64,000 nucleotides of DNA from Promethearchaeota archaeon (GCA_019058245.1 JAHPZJ010000015.1:1-64000); one strand, 5' to 3'. Counted from the first letter of the stretch, positions 17,482 to 28,705 are shown. The notes: generated from the letters alone by a model not told the origin. Numbers and translations are program-made.

Positions 17482-20268
17482 TTAAAGTAATTCAAAATCA
17501 ATCCTAAAAGTAGTTATTACATGTGGATCCAATTTTATTTTAAGCTTATTATTTTTATAACTAATTAATTTTGCTTTAATATCATTTTTTGGCTTTTCCT
17601 CTAGTAAATTTACTATTTCAGCATTTTTAATAGAAAATTTTTTATAAAACACTATAACTGCTTTTTGAGTTAGGGAAGATATATTATATACTCTAATAAT
17701 TAGTGAATTTGTTTGTTCAGCTTTTTTTAATGCACTTAAAACCACACATTTATTATCAATTCCAAGAAATCTTAATGTAGATGGAAGATACGATTCAATA
17801 TCTTTCTGTTTTAGCTTAAAAAAATATGATAAAACCCCTGTTGGCTTTAATATAACTTTATCTGTAATTCTAAAAGGACTATGAGCCATTGTAGGAAAAA
17901 TTGGTCTAAGTGGATTATTAAATTCTTTTCCTTTAGTATGTATTTCTGAATCTAACCAGTTTGATTTTGATGAGGTAGTTATTGCTAATTCAAATGAATT
18001 TTTACCAAGACATTGCGCACCTGGAGTGTTAAAGCCAGGACCAGCATGAGACATTCTAGATGCACAATCATCTCGGGATAACCATTCAACACATCTCAAA
18101 AGAGTTATTGCAAAAGTTATTGTATTATCTTCATTTATTATTGCCTCATATTCTGGTAACCCTTTATTTAATACTGCAAAAGTTCTTGAATCATTACTTA
18201 CTGAAACAAAATCCTTTTGATGATTCATAGGTAAAGGTTTTTGAGCCCAATTTTCTGCATTTGGTAGCTTTACTTTTCTTGGAACCACATAAAACTGTCC
18301 ATCAGCGAACACTTCGTCCGCTTTTATCATTGTTGGAAATAAAACGCGAATTCTATGATCTTTACTATTATTTTCCAACTCAATCTTAAGATCAATACGT
18401 TTAATCCCTTTGTACAGTGAGATATACATAGTTATTTTGTTATCAACTAACCAATCTTCTCTATTGTATCGATCTTTTGTAAGGGAATAAGGAAGCTTCA
18501 AGTTTAGCCTTAATTTATATGTTTTCTGAGAAGGACCGTCTATATATACAGCTCTCTCAAATATAGCAGCATCTTCAGATGTAAAAACAAGATCTAATTG
18601 ATTATCTTTTGGACCTGAAAAATCATATTCATCACCCCAATCACCCAAATCTTCGAATTCACAAAAATTTTCATAAATAATTCCTGTCTCTTTATCAATA
18701 ACTTCAATAAAACCATCTGATTGTATATTAATTCGATAATATTCATTTTCTAAGAATTCTCTTGTAATTATAAAATCCATATTTTTAGTAATAGAATTTG
18801 TAATCGTATCTGCAGGAACGACATAATACGTTCTATAACCACATGCAGGAATATCTGCTAAGAAGGTAAATTCATGACTGATACTTTCCTTTTGAATATA
18901 TCTAGGTTGTTCATCAATATAATGATGCTGATTCTCAATTGCATTATCATTGGAGTCAATTATAGTTATATTATATGGAAATTTATCACCAGTACTTTTT
19001 TGAGCAATACAATTAAATTTAACTATATCTATTCTTTGCCATGGAAGTGGGTTATATACAATTAATACGTTAGAAGATGTATATTTAAGATTAAAATTTA
19101 TAAGCTCACTTAAATAAATAAAAGCATTATTAAAGAGTTCTCTTCCAATTTGTTCTGCCCAGTCAAACCGAACCTTCATCTCATCATGGACTTCATCAAT
19201 ACTACAACCACAAATACTATCATGGGGGGCATTTTTTTGAAGCCATTTTAGTCCTGTTAATATATATTCTCTGGGGTATGAGAATTTATTATATTTGTCA
19301 AGAATCCAAGTAATTGTAGATATTGGTTCGGAATACTTTTCGTATAAGTATTCTATCTTGGTATTTCTTTGTTTTATCCACATTCGTGCTGAAAAAACTC
19401 CTGAAAGTAAATGAGCAAATCTGCCTCCCCTGAGTTCGCCTTGGAATTGTTTTAATTTTGGATTAAATTCTAATACTTTTTTAGTATAATATTCAAAATC
19501 AGCTTGCTCAATATGAATATCTGGATTTGTTTCATTCCACTGTTTAATTATCTCTGGAATTTCTGGTAATGCCTCATGATGATCCGAACCATTATTAAGC
19601 AAAATAAAAGGAGTATTGATATAATTTTCAAATTTCTTTATTGCATTTTTAATAGCTCTATGAGCTTTTCTATATTCTCCTTGAGTTTTTTTTGGATTTA
19701 ATCCTTCTAATGACATATAACCAAATCGTAAAAAAATTGCTAATATAGATGCTGCATTTCCAGGAGCATTCCATAAAAATTCTATGTTAAGATTATTTTC
19801 TTCAAATTCATTACCAAATCCCCTCCAAAATAATAGAGAAGGAATTTCAAAACCTTTTATAATTTGAGGTAATTGAGCTATATGTCCAAAAGGATCTGGA
19901 ATATATCCTGCTTTCATTACTTTTCCAAATTTTCTGCCAATCTGATACCCTATCATTAGGTTTCTAATTAATGATTCACCACTAACTAAAAATTCATCAG
20001 GAAGTATATACATAGGGCCAATAGACAGTCTTCCTTGTATTATATATTCTCTGATTTCTTCTTCTTTCTCTGGTCTAACTTCCAAATAATCCTCAATGGG
20101 AATAACTTGCCCATCTAATGTAAAATTTCTATAGTTAGGGTCAGTTTCCAAGATATGTAACAATTTATCCATCATAATTACCAATCTGGCCCGAAACTCT
20201 TGAAAAGGTAGGTACCATTCCCTGTCCCAATGAGTTTCTGGAACAATTATTATACTATTAGCTTTCAT
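17482..20268 (-). CDS. Glycoside hydrolase family 38 (alpha-mannosidase/MngB-like)
   Basis: THWDREWY, LDGQ, PDPFGH, GSDH and HDSICGCSIDEVH motifs. Confidence 0.92.
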   Translation of the reverse strand: MKANSIIIVPETHWDREWYLPFQEFRARLVIMMDKLLHILETDPNYRNFTLDGQVIPIEDYLEVRPEKEEEIREYIIQGRLSIGPMYILPDEFLVSGESLIRNLMIGYQIGRKFGKVMKAGYIPDPFGHIAQLPQIIKGFEIPSLLFWRGFGNEFEENNLNIEFLWNAPGNAASILAIFLRFGYMSLEGLNPKKTQGEYRKAHRAIKNAIKKFENYINTPFILLNNGSDHHEALPEIPEIIKQWNETNPDIHIEQADFEYYTKKVLEFNPKLKQFQGELRGGRFAHLLSGVFSARMWIKQRNTKIEYLYEKYSEPISTITWILDKYNKFSYPREYILTGLKWLQKNAPHDSICGCSIDEVHDEMKVRFDWAEQIGRELFNNAFIYLSELINFNLKYTSSNVLIVYNPLPWQRIDIVKFNCIAQKSTGDKFPYNITIIDSNDNAIENQHHYIDEQPRYIQKESISHEFTFLADIPACGYRTYYVVPADTITNSITKNMDFIITREFLENEYYRINIQSDGFIEVIDKETGIIYENFCEFEDLGDWGDEYDFSGPKDNQLDLVFTSEDAAIFERAVYIDGPSQKTYKLRLNLKLPYSLTKDRYNREDWLVDNKITMYISLYKGIKRIDLKIELENNSKDHRIRVLFPTMIKADEVFADGQFYVVPRKVKLPNAENWAQKPLPMNHQKDFVSVSNDSRTFAVLNKGLPEYEAIINEDNTITFAITLLRCVEWLSRDDCASRMSHAGPGFNTPGAQCLGKNSFELAITTSSKSNWLDSEIHTKGKEFNNPLRPIFPTMAHSPFRITDKVILKPTGVLSYFFKLKQKDIESYLPSTLRFLGIDNKCVVLSALKKAEQTNSLIIRVYNISSLTQKAVIVFYKKFSIKNAEIVNLLEEKPKNDIKAKLISYKNNKLKIKLDPHVITTFRIDFELL

Positions 20269-20425
20269 ACCTATTATACTCGAAAATTATTTGTTCTCCA
20301 ATCCATTCTATTTATTTTAACTCTAAATAAAAATTAATTTTCAAAAGAACTTGGATATAAATGTTTAATTGTTAATATCCAAAATATATAATCAAAAATA
20401 GACTTATATAAAAAATATTTCACCA

Positions 20426-21955
20426 TCATTTCAATATAGATCTTCCGATTACACTTAAATGCGGTTTAATTCCTAACAAATCTAAGAGAGTGGGGACCAT
20501 ATCTGTTGTTTTACAATATGCTAATTCCATTTGTGGAATTTCTAAAGAGCCACCAATAATGAAGGGAACAATCATTGACTCTCTAAGCCCGTTATCGTGA
20601 GAATATAGTGAATTGCCTTTAGTTATTCCATGTTCATAATTAAAATTGTATTCACCTAACGTAGAGACAATGATGTCACATGATCTAGGATTTTTAAAAT
20701 AGCGAGGGATTTGATCTATAATCATTGGAAATTCAATACTATGTGTAGCTTCTAACCATTCTTCTAAGCTATGAAATTTGTTATCTAAAATTTTTGCTGA
20801 ATTATCATTTTTACAATATCCGTAAGGATCCTTTTCATTGTAAATAATTCTGGTCTTTTGCTGTTTGCCAAAACCCTCATATTCAATTAGACCTTTGATT
20901 CTTTTTCCAAGTGTTTTTTCTTGATATTCAATGATAATTGTTCCCTTCTCAGGCTTATTATCATCCTTTCTGTAGTACATATGCTCAACTCCTGGAATTT
21001 CCCATAATGTATCTATAAGATTTAAATTTTGTATCCCACTTCCACTCACCTTGAAATGCTGTAGTTGTTGAAGTGAGGGATGACAATGCCAATTATCTCC
21101 TGGAAAATTAAAAAATCCAACTGATCCAAAATTACAATCAAATTCTCCTGTTCCTTTTTTAGGATTAAACGGTTTCAATCCTTTTTGTTGAAAAAAAGAT
21201 TCAAGATCAAAATGCTTTTTTGCTTTAAAATTACCATGATCTGAAATTATACCAATCGCTGTAGAATCATAATATCCCGTATTTTTTAATATATCCATTA
21301 ATGAACCAAGAAATTTATCACAATCAACTAGTAGTTTGATATACTCGGGATTATCAAATCCTTTTTCATGTACAATATTATCTGTTTGGAAAACGTACCC
21401 TACAGTTATTAGAGGGATTTCATTATTTGGAAAGAACTTCTTTGGTTGTTCAAATGCATCTGATATATTCCTAAAGATGCCTTCTATATCAAATACACTT
21501 TTTCCAGCCACAAAATAAGCTCCACGATATAAAAAACAACTAGAACTTAAATTATTTTGTTGAGGTGCTTGTTCAAAAATAGTCTTCACATTTTTTCCAA
21601 TATCTTTATTAATTTTTAGTAATTGAGACCTATCACCATAATTACGAATAAAAGGTGGTTTTTTACTCTCTGATGGGGGATCATTCCTGTTTATCCAATG
21701 ATACAACGGAACAGCGCTTCCTTCTTTAGGAAAATATCCTGAATATGCACCAGTAACTATATTACCATAGCAAGGAAAAGTAATAGAAGGATAGGATGTA
21801 ATACAATTTGAACATTTTACTCCATTATTAGCTATTTGAGCTATATTTGGCAACTTATCTTTACTTATCAAATCAAATAAATGTTCAGCACGAACATCAT
21901 CTAGAATAATTAAAATAATTTGATTAACTTTGGATTTTCTTACCATTATAATCAA
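20426..21955 (-). CDS. Alkaline phosphatase superfamily / nucleotide pyrophosphatase-phosphodiesterase
   Basis: ILDDVR, SYPSITFP, DNIVH, SDHG, SHD and DMVPTLL motifs. Confidence 0.8.
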   Translation of the reverse strand: MIIMVRKSKVNQIILIILDDVRAEHLFDLISKDKLPNIAQIANNGVKCSNCITSYPSITFPCYGNIVTGAYSGYFPKEGSAVPLYHWINRNDPPSESKKPPFIRNYGDRSQLLKINKDIGKNVKTIFEQAPQQNNLSSSCFLYRGAYFVAGKSVFDIEGIFRNISDAFEQPKKFFPNNEIPLITVGYVFQTDNIVHEKGFDNPEYIKLLVDCDKFLGSLMDILKNTGYYDSTAIGIISDHGNFKAKKHFDLESFFQQKGLKPFNPKKGTGEFDCNFGSVGFFNFPGDNWHCHPSLQQLQHFKVSGSGIQNLNLIDTLWEIPGVEHMYYRKDDNKPEKGTIIIEYQEKTLGKRIKGLIEYEGFGKQQKTRIIYNEKDPYGYCKNDNSAKILDNKFHSLEEWLEATHSIEFPMIIDQIPRYFKNPRSCDIIVSTLGEYNFNYEHGITKGNSLYSHDNGLRESMIVPFIIGGSLEIPQMELAYCKTTDMVPTLLDLLGIKPHLSVIGRSILK

Positions 21956-22086
21956 AAAAATCTGATTGAATATTTTAAATTTTGATAATTTAGATAAAAT
22001 ATTAAAAATCAGAGGTTATATTTGAAATTTAAATTTTTCCTTTTTGAAGATAAAATTTTTGTTTAATTAAATATTTAAAAGATTTA

Positions 22087-23187
22087 ATGAGTGAATCTGT
22101 TGAACATAATTTTCTTGTAGGAATTTTTGGGGAAAATTTAGATAATAATAAACTTGTAGGACAAGCATTAGGGGCTCCCGGTACTTCATCAGACATTCAA
22201 TTTTATAATCGGCTTGATGCTGAATTAAATCAAGTATTTTGTGCATTAACTCCATTGAAATATCCTGATAAAATTAAGCCTTTTTTGCAAACATTAGTTT
22301 TAACTAATATACATGTATTAAATGTTGATCTTAACATTGACTTAAACTCTATTATAGGAGAAATAATAGTAGGAATAGACTTATTCCACAAATTATTTGA
22401 TACTAGAGTTTTAATAGTTATTTCTGGAATTACTTCAAATAATGAATGGAAATTGTCAGATTTTAGGATTAAAATTAAAAATATTCTTGATACAACAAGT
22501 TTAAAAGATACAGAAATTTTCAATTTAAGAATTAAAGAAGATTATAATAATCTAAAAAAAAAAATTGTTGAAATCGGATTAGCAAGTCAAAAATCAAATA
22601 ACGATATAAATGTAATCACCAAAATATTAATAGATCATGCATTCTCTGTAAAAGGTATTGGTACAGTTATTTTAGGAATTATCAAGGAAGGTAGAGTTGA
22701 TACAGGTCAAATGTTAGAATTAATAGGATATAGTGGCTCTAATAAAAAAGTGATTATTCGAAGTATTCAGAAACATGATAGAGATTTTAAAACTGCTATA
22801 AAGGGGGATCGTGTTGGACTTGCATTAAAAGGAAATATTTCGGCAAATGAAGTTAGTAGAGATAATATATTAACTAATCAAGGAATATATAAGTCGGAAA
22901 TTTCTATTAAAGCAAAGGTTTTTATCAATCAATTTTTTAAACCTAAAAATAATACAATTAAACCTGGAGATGGTATTCAATATAGTGTTATGGTAGATTT
23001 AAGGACTACGCCATGTAAATTTATTGCTGGAGAAGAAATATCTCCTGGAAATAGTGGAATAGTAAATCTAAACTTTTTAAAACCTCTTTATCATAATGGT
23101 TCTGGATTAAAAGGTATTATTGCAGATTTCTCTCGTTTTGATAATAAATTAAGAATAATTGGATATTTTATTCAAATTTTGGACTAA
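22087..23187 (+). CDS. SelB/EF-Tu-like factor with degenerate G domain (MM1309-like)
   Basis: LGAPGTSSDIQFYN, then domain II motifs IDHAFSVKGIGTVILG, IRSIQKHD and GDRVGLALKG. No canonical P-loop. Confidence 0.7.
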   Translation: MSESVEHNFLVGIFGENLDNNKLVGQALGAPGTSSDIQFYNRLDAELNQVFCALTPLKYPDKIKPFLQTLVLTNIHVLNVDLNIDLNSIIGEIIVGIDLFHKLFDTRVLIVISGITSNNEWKLSDFRIKIKNILDTTSLKDTEIFNLRIKEDYNNLKKKIVEIGLASQKSNNDINVITKILIDHAFSVKGIGTVILGIIKEGRVDTGQMLELIGYSGSNKKVIIRSIQKHDRDFKTAIKGDRVGLALKGNISANEVSRDNILTNQGIYKSEISIKAKVFINQFFKPKNNTIKPGDGIQYSVMVDLRTTPCKFIAGEEISPGNSGIVNLNFLKPLYHNGSGLKGIIADFSRFDNKLRIIGYFIQILD

Positions 23188-23291
23188 AAATTTAAATTTC
23201 CTTATTCGCCAAACTATATATTATCATATTGAATTTGAAATTTAAATTATTAAAAATTAAAACAAATAATAGATTAAATTAAAAAGTAATA

Positions 23292-24359
23292 ATGGAAACA
23301 GAGCACAAGGTTTATTTCAAAAATTCAACTGATATGGGAGAGATTGAGGCAAATTCTATTGATTTAATAATAACTTCTCCACCTTATCCTATGATTGAAA
23401 TGTGGGATCAATTATTTTCTTCTTTAAACAAAGAGATTAAGCAAACGCTCCAAGAGGAAAATTCTAAACAAGCATTTAATTTGATGCACCAAGAATTAAG
23501 AAAAGTATGGAGAGAAGTTGTCCGTGTATTAAAACCTGGAGGAATTGTTTGTATAAATATTGGGGATGCCACTAGAAAAATTGGAGAATGTTTCCAACTA
23601 TTTCCTAATCATATTAAAGTTTCTAGCTATTTTCATGAAAATGATTTTGTAGAATTACCATGTATATTATGGAGAAAACCAACAAATAGTCCTAATAAAT
23701 TCTTAGGTTCAGGAATGATACCACCGAATGCGTATGTTTCACTTGAGCATGAATATATTTTAATTTTTAGAAAAGGAATTGAAAAACGAAAATTTACTCC
23801 AAAATCAGAAAAAAGATATAACAGCGCTTTTTTCTGGGAGGAACGGAATAAATGGTTTTCTGATATTTGGCAGGATATTAAAGGAACGTCTCAAATTATA
23901 AATAAAACAAATTATAATCAAAATCAAATAAGGGAACGATCTGGAGCCTATCCATTAGAACTAGCCTATCGTTTAATAAATATGTTTTCTTTATATGAAG
24001 ATTTGATTTTAGATCCATTCTGGGGAACTGGTACAACGTCATTAGCCTCTATGATTACAGCTCGAAATTCAATTGGATATGAAATTAACCCTGAATTCAT
24101 GGAAATATTTAAGAAAAATTTGAAGAATATTATACAATTAAATGATGAGTTTAACAAAGATAGACTTAATCAGCATGTTAGCAATATGAAAAATTATAAA
24201 AAACTTAATAAAGAGATTAAATATAGATCTGTGTATTATAAATTTCCTGTAATCACAAATCAAGAACGTAAGATTTTACTGTATAAAATTACAAAATGTA
24301 GAGCTGTAAAAAATAAATTTATTCTAAACCATCAAATATATGATTTTAATATTAAATAA
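23292..24359 (+). CDS. Site-specific DNA methyltransferase, beta class (probably N4-cytosine)
   Basis: TSPPY precedes DPFWGTGTT; HEYILIFRK. Confidence 0.88.
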   Translation: METEHKVYFKNSTDMGEIEANSIDLIITSPPYPMIEMWDQLFSSLNKEIKQTLQEENSKQAFNLMHQELRKVWREVVRVLKPGGIVCINIGDATRKIGECFQLFPNHIKVSSYFHENDFVELPCILWRKPTNSPNKFLGSGMIPPNAYVSLEHEYILIFRKGIEKRKFTPKSEKRYNSAFFWEERNKWFSDIWQDIKGTSQIINKTNYNQNQIRERSGAYPLELAYRLINMFSLYEDLILDPFWGTGTTSLASMITARNSIGYEINPEFMEIFKKNLKNIIQLNDEFNKDRLNQHVSNMKNYKKLNKEIKYRSVYYKFPVITNQERKILLYKITKCRAVKNKFILNHQIYDFNIK

Positions 24360-24449
24360 TATTTTTATAAATCCAAACTCGAGCAGAGTTTTCATCAAAT
24401 AACTTTCCTCTAACGGGTTTTTTATTTGAATCCTTATTTTGGATTTATA

Positions 24450-25310
24450 TTAATTACAATCTTCGGCTTGCTGGAGATTTATTTTTCTAAATGCTTCTTC
24501 CTGAGTATTCCGTGGTGTTGATTTCACAGATCGATTTACTTGATGTAAATGTTTCATTGCATTATTTTTTCCTTCTTTGATATTTTCAATGAATTCTTCC
24601 TTACTAAATCCCCCAGATATAACTAAAGCTGTCTGAAAAGTATGATTAGGTTCTAATGTCATAAATTCTATTTGTAAAGCTGATAGAATTTCTCCTGGTC
24701 CTTTATACAAAGTATTTGAAAGATTCATATGATCTCGATCAATTTTAAAATCTTTTGTTAAACATGATTCGTAGTTAGTTGATTTTGATATTGGTGAGAA
24801 TCCTCCGTATAATCCCGTATTATCATATTGATAAATAATGTCATTTTCTTGATCATATCCAGATAGATCATTATCGTAACCCGCAAGTCCATTTAAGTCA
24901 AAATCAAAGACAAAATACATCGAAAAATCTTTTAGGGCAAAATTCGAAATATTTTTGATTGTGAAAAACGTATTAATATAAGATATGTGAGGAGGATTAA
25001 AGATATCTTTATAAACTCTGATGAATTCCTTCTTTTCTAATGGCTTCAGTTGTAAATTTTGTTCTCGAGATATTTTTTTAAGATATTCCGTGATATTAAA
25101 GTCTAAAGTAATTCTACTTATTGAAGTTCCTTTGCGAGTATTTACCATATTGTATATAGGTGTGGGTTCTATGTTTTTGAGAACGACGGGGATATTACCA
25201 ATCTCCTTTCCCTCCAATGTAAAGCTAAACCAAGGACCAGTTAATTCTTGTTCACTAAGATATATAAGATATTTTCCCTTATATGTGAGTTCTTTAATTG
25301 AAAATCCCAT
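24450..25310 (-). CDS. Hypothetical protein (beta-rich)
   Basis: 286-aa ORF downstream of the GTPase gene; no recognised motif. Confidence 0.6.
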   Translation of the reverse strand: MGFSIKELTYKGKYLIYLSEQELTGPWFSFTLEGKEIGNIPVVLKNIEPTPIYNMVNTRKGTSISRITLDFNITEYLKKISREQNLQLKPLEKKEFIRVYKDIFNPPHISYINTFFTIKNISNFALKDFSMYFVFDFDLNGLAGYDNDLSGYDQENDIIYQYDNTGLYGGFSPISKSTNYESCLTKDFKIDRDHMNLSNTLYKGPGEILSALQIEFMTLEPNHTFQTALVISGGFSKEEFIENIKEGKNNAMKHLHQVNRSVKSTPRNTQEEAFRKINLQQAEDCN

Positions 25311-25476
25311 AACATATCCAGCAGCGTTTCAAGTTGACATAATATCATGCCAACTAACCTTTAGAACTATTCTTTCATAACCTCCTTTAATTAATTTTGA
25401 ATTTTATATTCTATCTATTTTAATTTATCAATTATTTAAAAAATTAGGAATCATAAAAACATTTGTGATAAAAAAC

Positions 25477-26463
25477 CTAAAGATCTTCAATAACTCTATA
25501 AGCAATGTATAGAAAAGCATCGTTTACATTTTCGCCAGTGAGAGCAGATGTAACAAGATAATGAAATCTGAATTGCTTAGCAACTTCTTCTATTTGTTCT
25601 TCAGTTATTACAATGTTATCTACTAAATCAGATTTATTTCCAACTATTACAATAGGAATATTTCTTTTTATGGATTTCTTAATATCATTATACCATCTTT
25701 CTATACTATTCAAAGCATCTGATCGAGTTCTATCCAGTACAATGAAAGCAGCATTAGCACCATTATAGAAATTTGCTCTATAAGGTGCCATCTGTTGAAC
25801 TTGACCTCCAATATCCCAAATTATAAAATTGAATTTAGTTTTTTCACTAAGGTTCACTGTTTTTTTACTGATTTGGACGCCTATGGTAGAAATATAATCT
25901 TGGTCAAACTTATTTTCTACATAACGTCTAATTAATGATGTTTTACCTACTTGATTCTCTCCACATAATATTAATTTATTTGAATATTCTTCCGCTATAT
26001 TAGGAAGTTGTCCACCGCGTGTTTTTGCCAATGCCTTAATAATTTCGGGAATTTTTGGAGAAACCTCCTCATTTGTTGAAAGTACTAATTCTATTTTTGA
26101 TGCGACATGTTCAGAATATACCTTTAATTCAATATCAGTGGTTGTTTGTTCTGCTACTGTGGTTAAAATTGAATTTGGACCCATTGAACTAAACACAAAT
26201 TTTTTATCTCCTGTTGAAGTAATATTAAAAAAGCTGTCCGAATTTCCAAATTCTGATTTAATTCTATCAATAATATATGAATCAAGCATAGCTGAAAGAG
26301 CACCAATAATTTCATCAGATTCATCTGACTTTTCTTGTTTCGATTTTGAAGCTATAATAAAACCATTTCGATCGCAAATCGCACAAGCTAAAATTCCTTC
26401 AATTTCTTTGAAATAATGTTCCAATATCTCTTTCAGTAAGCTAGAACTTGGAAGCCGTTCCAT
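25477..26463 (-). CDS. Roadblock/longin-like domain fused to a Rab-like small GTPase
   Basis: N-terminal ACAICDRNGFIIAS (roadblock-like). G-motifs GENQVGKTS, STIG, WDIGGQ, NKSD and TSALTG. Confidence 0.88.
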   Translation of the reverse strand: MERLPSSSLLKEILEHYFKEIEGILACAICDRNGFIIASKSKQEKSDESDEIIGALSAMLDSYIIDRIKSEFGNSDSFFNITSTGDKKFVFSSMGPNSILTTVAEQTTTDIELKVYSEHVASKIELVLSTNEEVSPKIPEIIKALAKTRGGQLPNIAEEYSNKLILCGENQVGKTSLIRRYVENKFDQDYISTIGVQISKKTVNLSEKTKFNFIIWDIGGQVQQMAPYRANFYNGANAAFIVLDRTRSDALNSIERWYNDIKKSIKRNIPIVIVGNKSDLVDNIVITEEQIEEVAKQFRFHYLVTSALTGENVNDAFLYIAYRVIEDL

Positions 26464-26585
26464 TAGTATTCAATCCTCAACTTTAATATATTAAGAATAT
26501 AAGATCTCTAAATAATAAATATATGTATTTAGATAATATTATAATCATATTTCTGGAGATATCACCATAGCATACTATTTTTTAT

Positions 26586-26777
26586 TTGAAATTTAAGATA
26601 TTTTTAAATATGATAGAAAATGTATCTAAAGATTCAGAAATTGTGAAATATGAAGAAAGTATTGCTGAAATCTTAGACCGAGCTGTTAATCTATTTAGAA
26701 GAACAAATCTCACCGAATTGGCAGATAAATGGGATCGAATCTTAAAGACATATAATTCGAAAAGGAGAATTCAATAA
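26586..26777 (+). CDS. Small hypothetical protein or gene fragment
   Basis: 63-aa helical ORF in an otherwise empty gap. Confidence 0.35.
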   Translation: MKFKIFLNMIENVSKDSEIVKYEESIAEILDRAVNLFRRTNLTELADKWDRILKTYNSKRRIQ

Positions 26778-26791
26778 ATTTTTATTCGATC

Positions 26792-28705
26792 TTAATTATT
26801 TAGAGAGTCCATATAATCCAGAATATATTTTTGGTTAGTTTCAGAAATCTCATATAGATCAAAAACTAAATCATTAACTTTCTTCTGAAGAGATTCCATC
26901 TCATCAAAATTGTTAAGGATTCTTTTTATTAATTCTATTATTTTTTTTGCTTTTTGCTTCGTTTTATCAGTATCTGGAATTTTAATAGGAAATACCTCAA
27001 TTTTTTCAATCAATATTCTGGGGAATAACTTTTTATAAGATCCAAATGATTTTATGAAGAAATATGATAGAAGCATTGAATTTATTATTCCTAATAAATA
27101 AAAATGATTAAATTCAGAAATAGGTGAATTTTTGATTTTTAAATTATAAAATGATTGGGATGTTAAAGATAAGTTCTGATCGTATGTAGCACATATCATA
27201 TTATCTTGATTTATCTGTCTAATAATTATTCTTTCTTGATAATTACTCAAGTCTTTATAATTTATTCCTACTTTGGATGTATCAATATATTTATATTTCA
27301 TTTTTTGATATCGTTTAATTGAGTATAAATATAGTTTATATTTATCGTTTAATGAATCATTTGGATGATTACTATAAATAATAGTTTCAATTCTCCGCTT
27401 ATTCAATGGTAAATTGCATTGGTGGCATTTTAGCAAATCTTTTGGAATTGGAAAGTATTTTTTGCATTTTTCACAATATATTACTTCCCCTGCTTTTGTC
27501 AATTCAACTCCTCGGCTTAATGAATATTTAAATTCATCCATTGTGTTTAAATCCTTTAATTCCAAGAAATTCATAGTTAAGTGCTCTATAATTGAGAAAT
27601 CTATCTTATTCAAATGTATTAGAAATTTATAGCTCCATTTTTCAATCATTACTTGTGGAATTATTTTTTCATACTCACCAGTCGTCTTTATAATAATTTG
27701 GTTCTTATTCCTTTCTATTACATTAGGTTCCTTCTCTAAAATGATAATGATATTAGAAACAATAGGATCATTGAATTTAGGCCCTGTATGATAAATTTCC
27801 TTTATTTTAGTATTATTATATATATATTTACGAATGATAGATCGATTTGATAATGCTAAAAGAGAGTCGGGAACAATATAACCTAGTACCCCTTGTGGTT
27901 TAAGAAATCTTATTCCAAGTTCTAGAAAAATTTGATAATAATCATATTGACCTTCATTTGTTATAAAATCAAGATTTTCAATAATTTGTCTTTGATCAAG
28001 TGGAATATCTCTAATGAATAAGTAAGGAGGATTTCCTATAACAAAGTCATACTTTTCAGCGTGATCCATTATTAAAGCATTACCATTTTTAATATTAAAT
28101 TTGGGAAAATGATAAGCTGAATCAGATTTTTTAACTATTTCAAATAATTCATATAATTCAAATTGGATATTAATTTGACACAAAATACAGGCAATTTGAT
28201 TAATATCAATTCCAAAAATGTTTTTCTTAACAACTTTTATTATAATTTTGGCTTCCTCAGGAGTTAATTCAGAAATTTTTCCTCTCCCTAGAATTTTAAG
28301 ATATTTTCTTACTAATTTTCTTATCGCATATATGATAAAACTTCCACAACCACAGCTAATATCTATGATTTTTTTATCTTCTATATCATTTAGATGATTA
28401 TATCCAGTTGCCTCTAGTATGTAATTTACTACTGAAATTGGAGTATAAAATTCTCCCAATTTTTTCTTTTTTTTATTATTTAAAATATATTCATATAAGG
28501 CACTAATAGTATCAATCTCTAAATCTTTTATATTTCCCAATTTTCTTTTTTTTTTTCCTTCTTTATTGTTTTTTAATAAATCAAGATTCTCATATAATTT
28601 TTCAAAAATAAAGTGGTCAGATTTCTCGATAAGACTATTCTTATAATAGTGTTTTATCTTCTCTATGATTCTTTCCTTCTTCAGATAATCAACAAAGTCT
28701 AACAT
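26792..28705 (-). CDS. Gamma-class N6-adenine DNA methyltransferase (TaqI/Eco57I-like) with TRD and Zn-ribbon insert
   Basis: GEFYTP, DISCGCGSF, GIDIN, GNPPY; C-terminal IIIRQ...YLLGIINS; CEKC..CHQC. Confidence 0.88.
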   Translation of the reverse strand: MLDFVDYLKKERIIEKIKHYYKNSLIEKSDHFIFEKLYENLDLLKNNKEGKKKRKLGNIKDLEIDTISALYEYILNNKKKKKLGEFYTPISVVNYILEATGYNHLNDIEDKKIIDISCGCGSFIIYAIRKLVRKYLKILGRGKISELTPEEAKIIIKVVKKNIFGIDINQIACILCQINIQFELYELFEIVKKSDSAYHFPKFNIKNGNALIMDHAEKYDFVIGNPPYLFIRDIPLDQRQIIENLDFITNEGQYDYYQIFLELGIRFLKPQGVLGYIVPDSLLALSNRSIIRKYIYNNTKIKEIYHTGPKFNDPIVSNIIIILEKEPNVIERNKNQIIIKTTGEYEKIIPQVMIEKWSYKFLIHLNKIDFSIIEHLTMNFLELKDLNTMDEFKYSLSRGVELTKAGEVIYCEKCKKYFPIPKDLLKCHQCNLPLNKRRIETIIYSNHPNDSLNDKYKLYLYSIKRYQKMKYKYIDTSKVGINYKDLSNYQERIIIRQINQDNMICATYDQNLSLTSQSFYNLKIKNSPISEFNHFYLLGIINSMLLSYFFIKSFGSYKKLFPRILIEKIEVFPIKIPDTDKTKQKAKKIIELIKRILNNFDEMESLQKKVNDLVFDLYEISETNQKYILDYMDSLNN

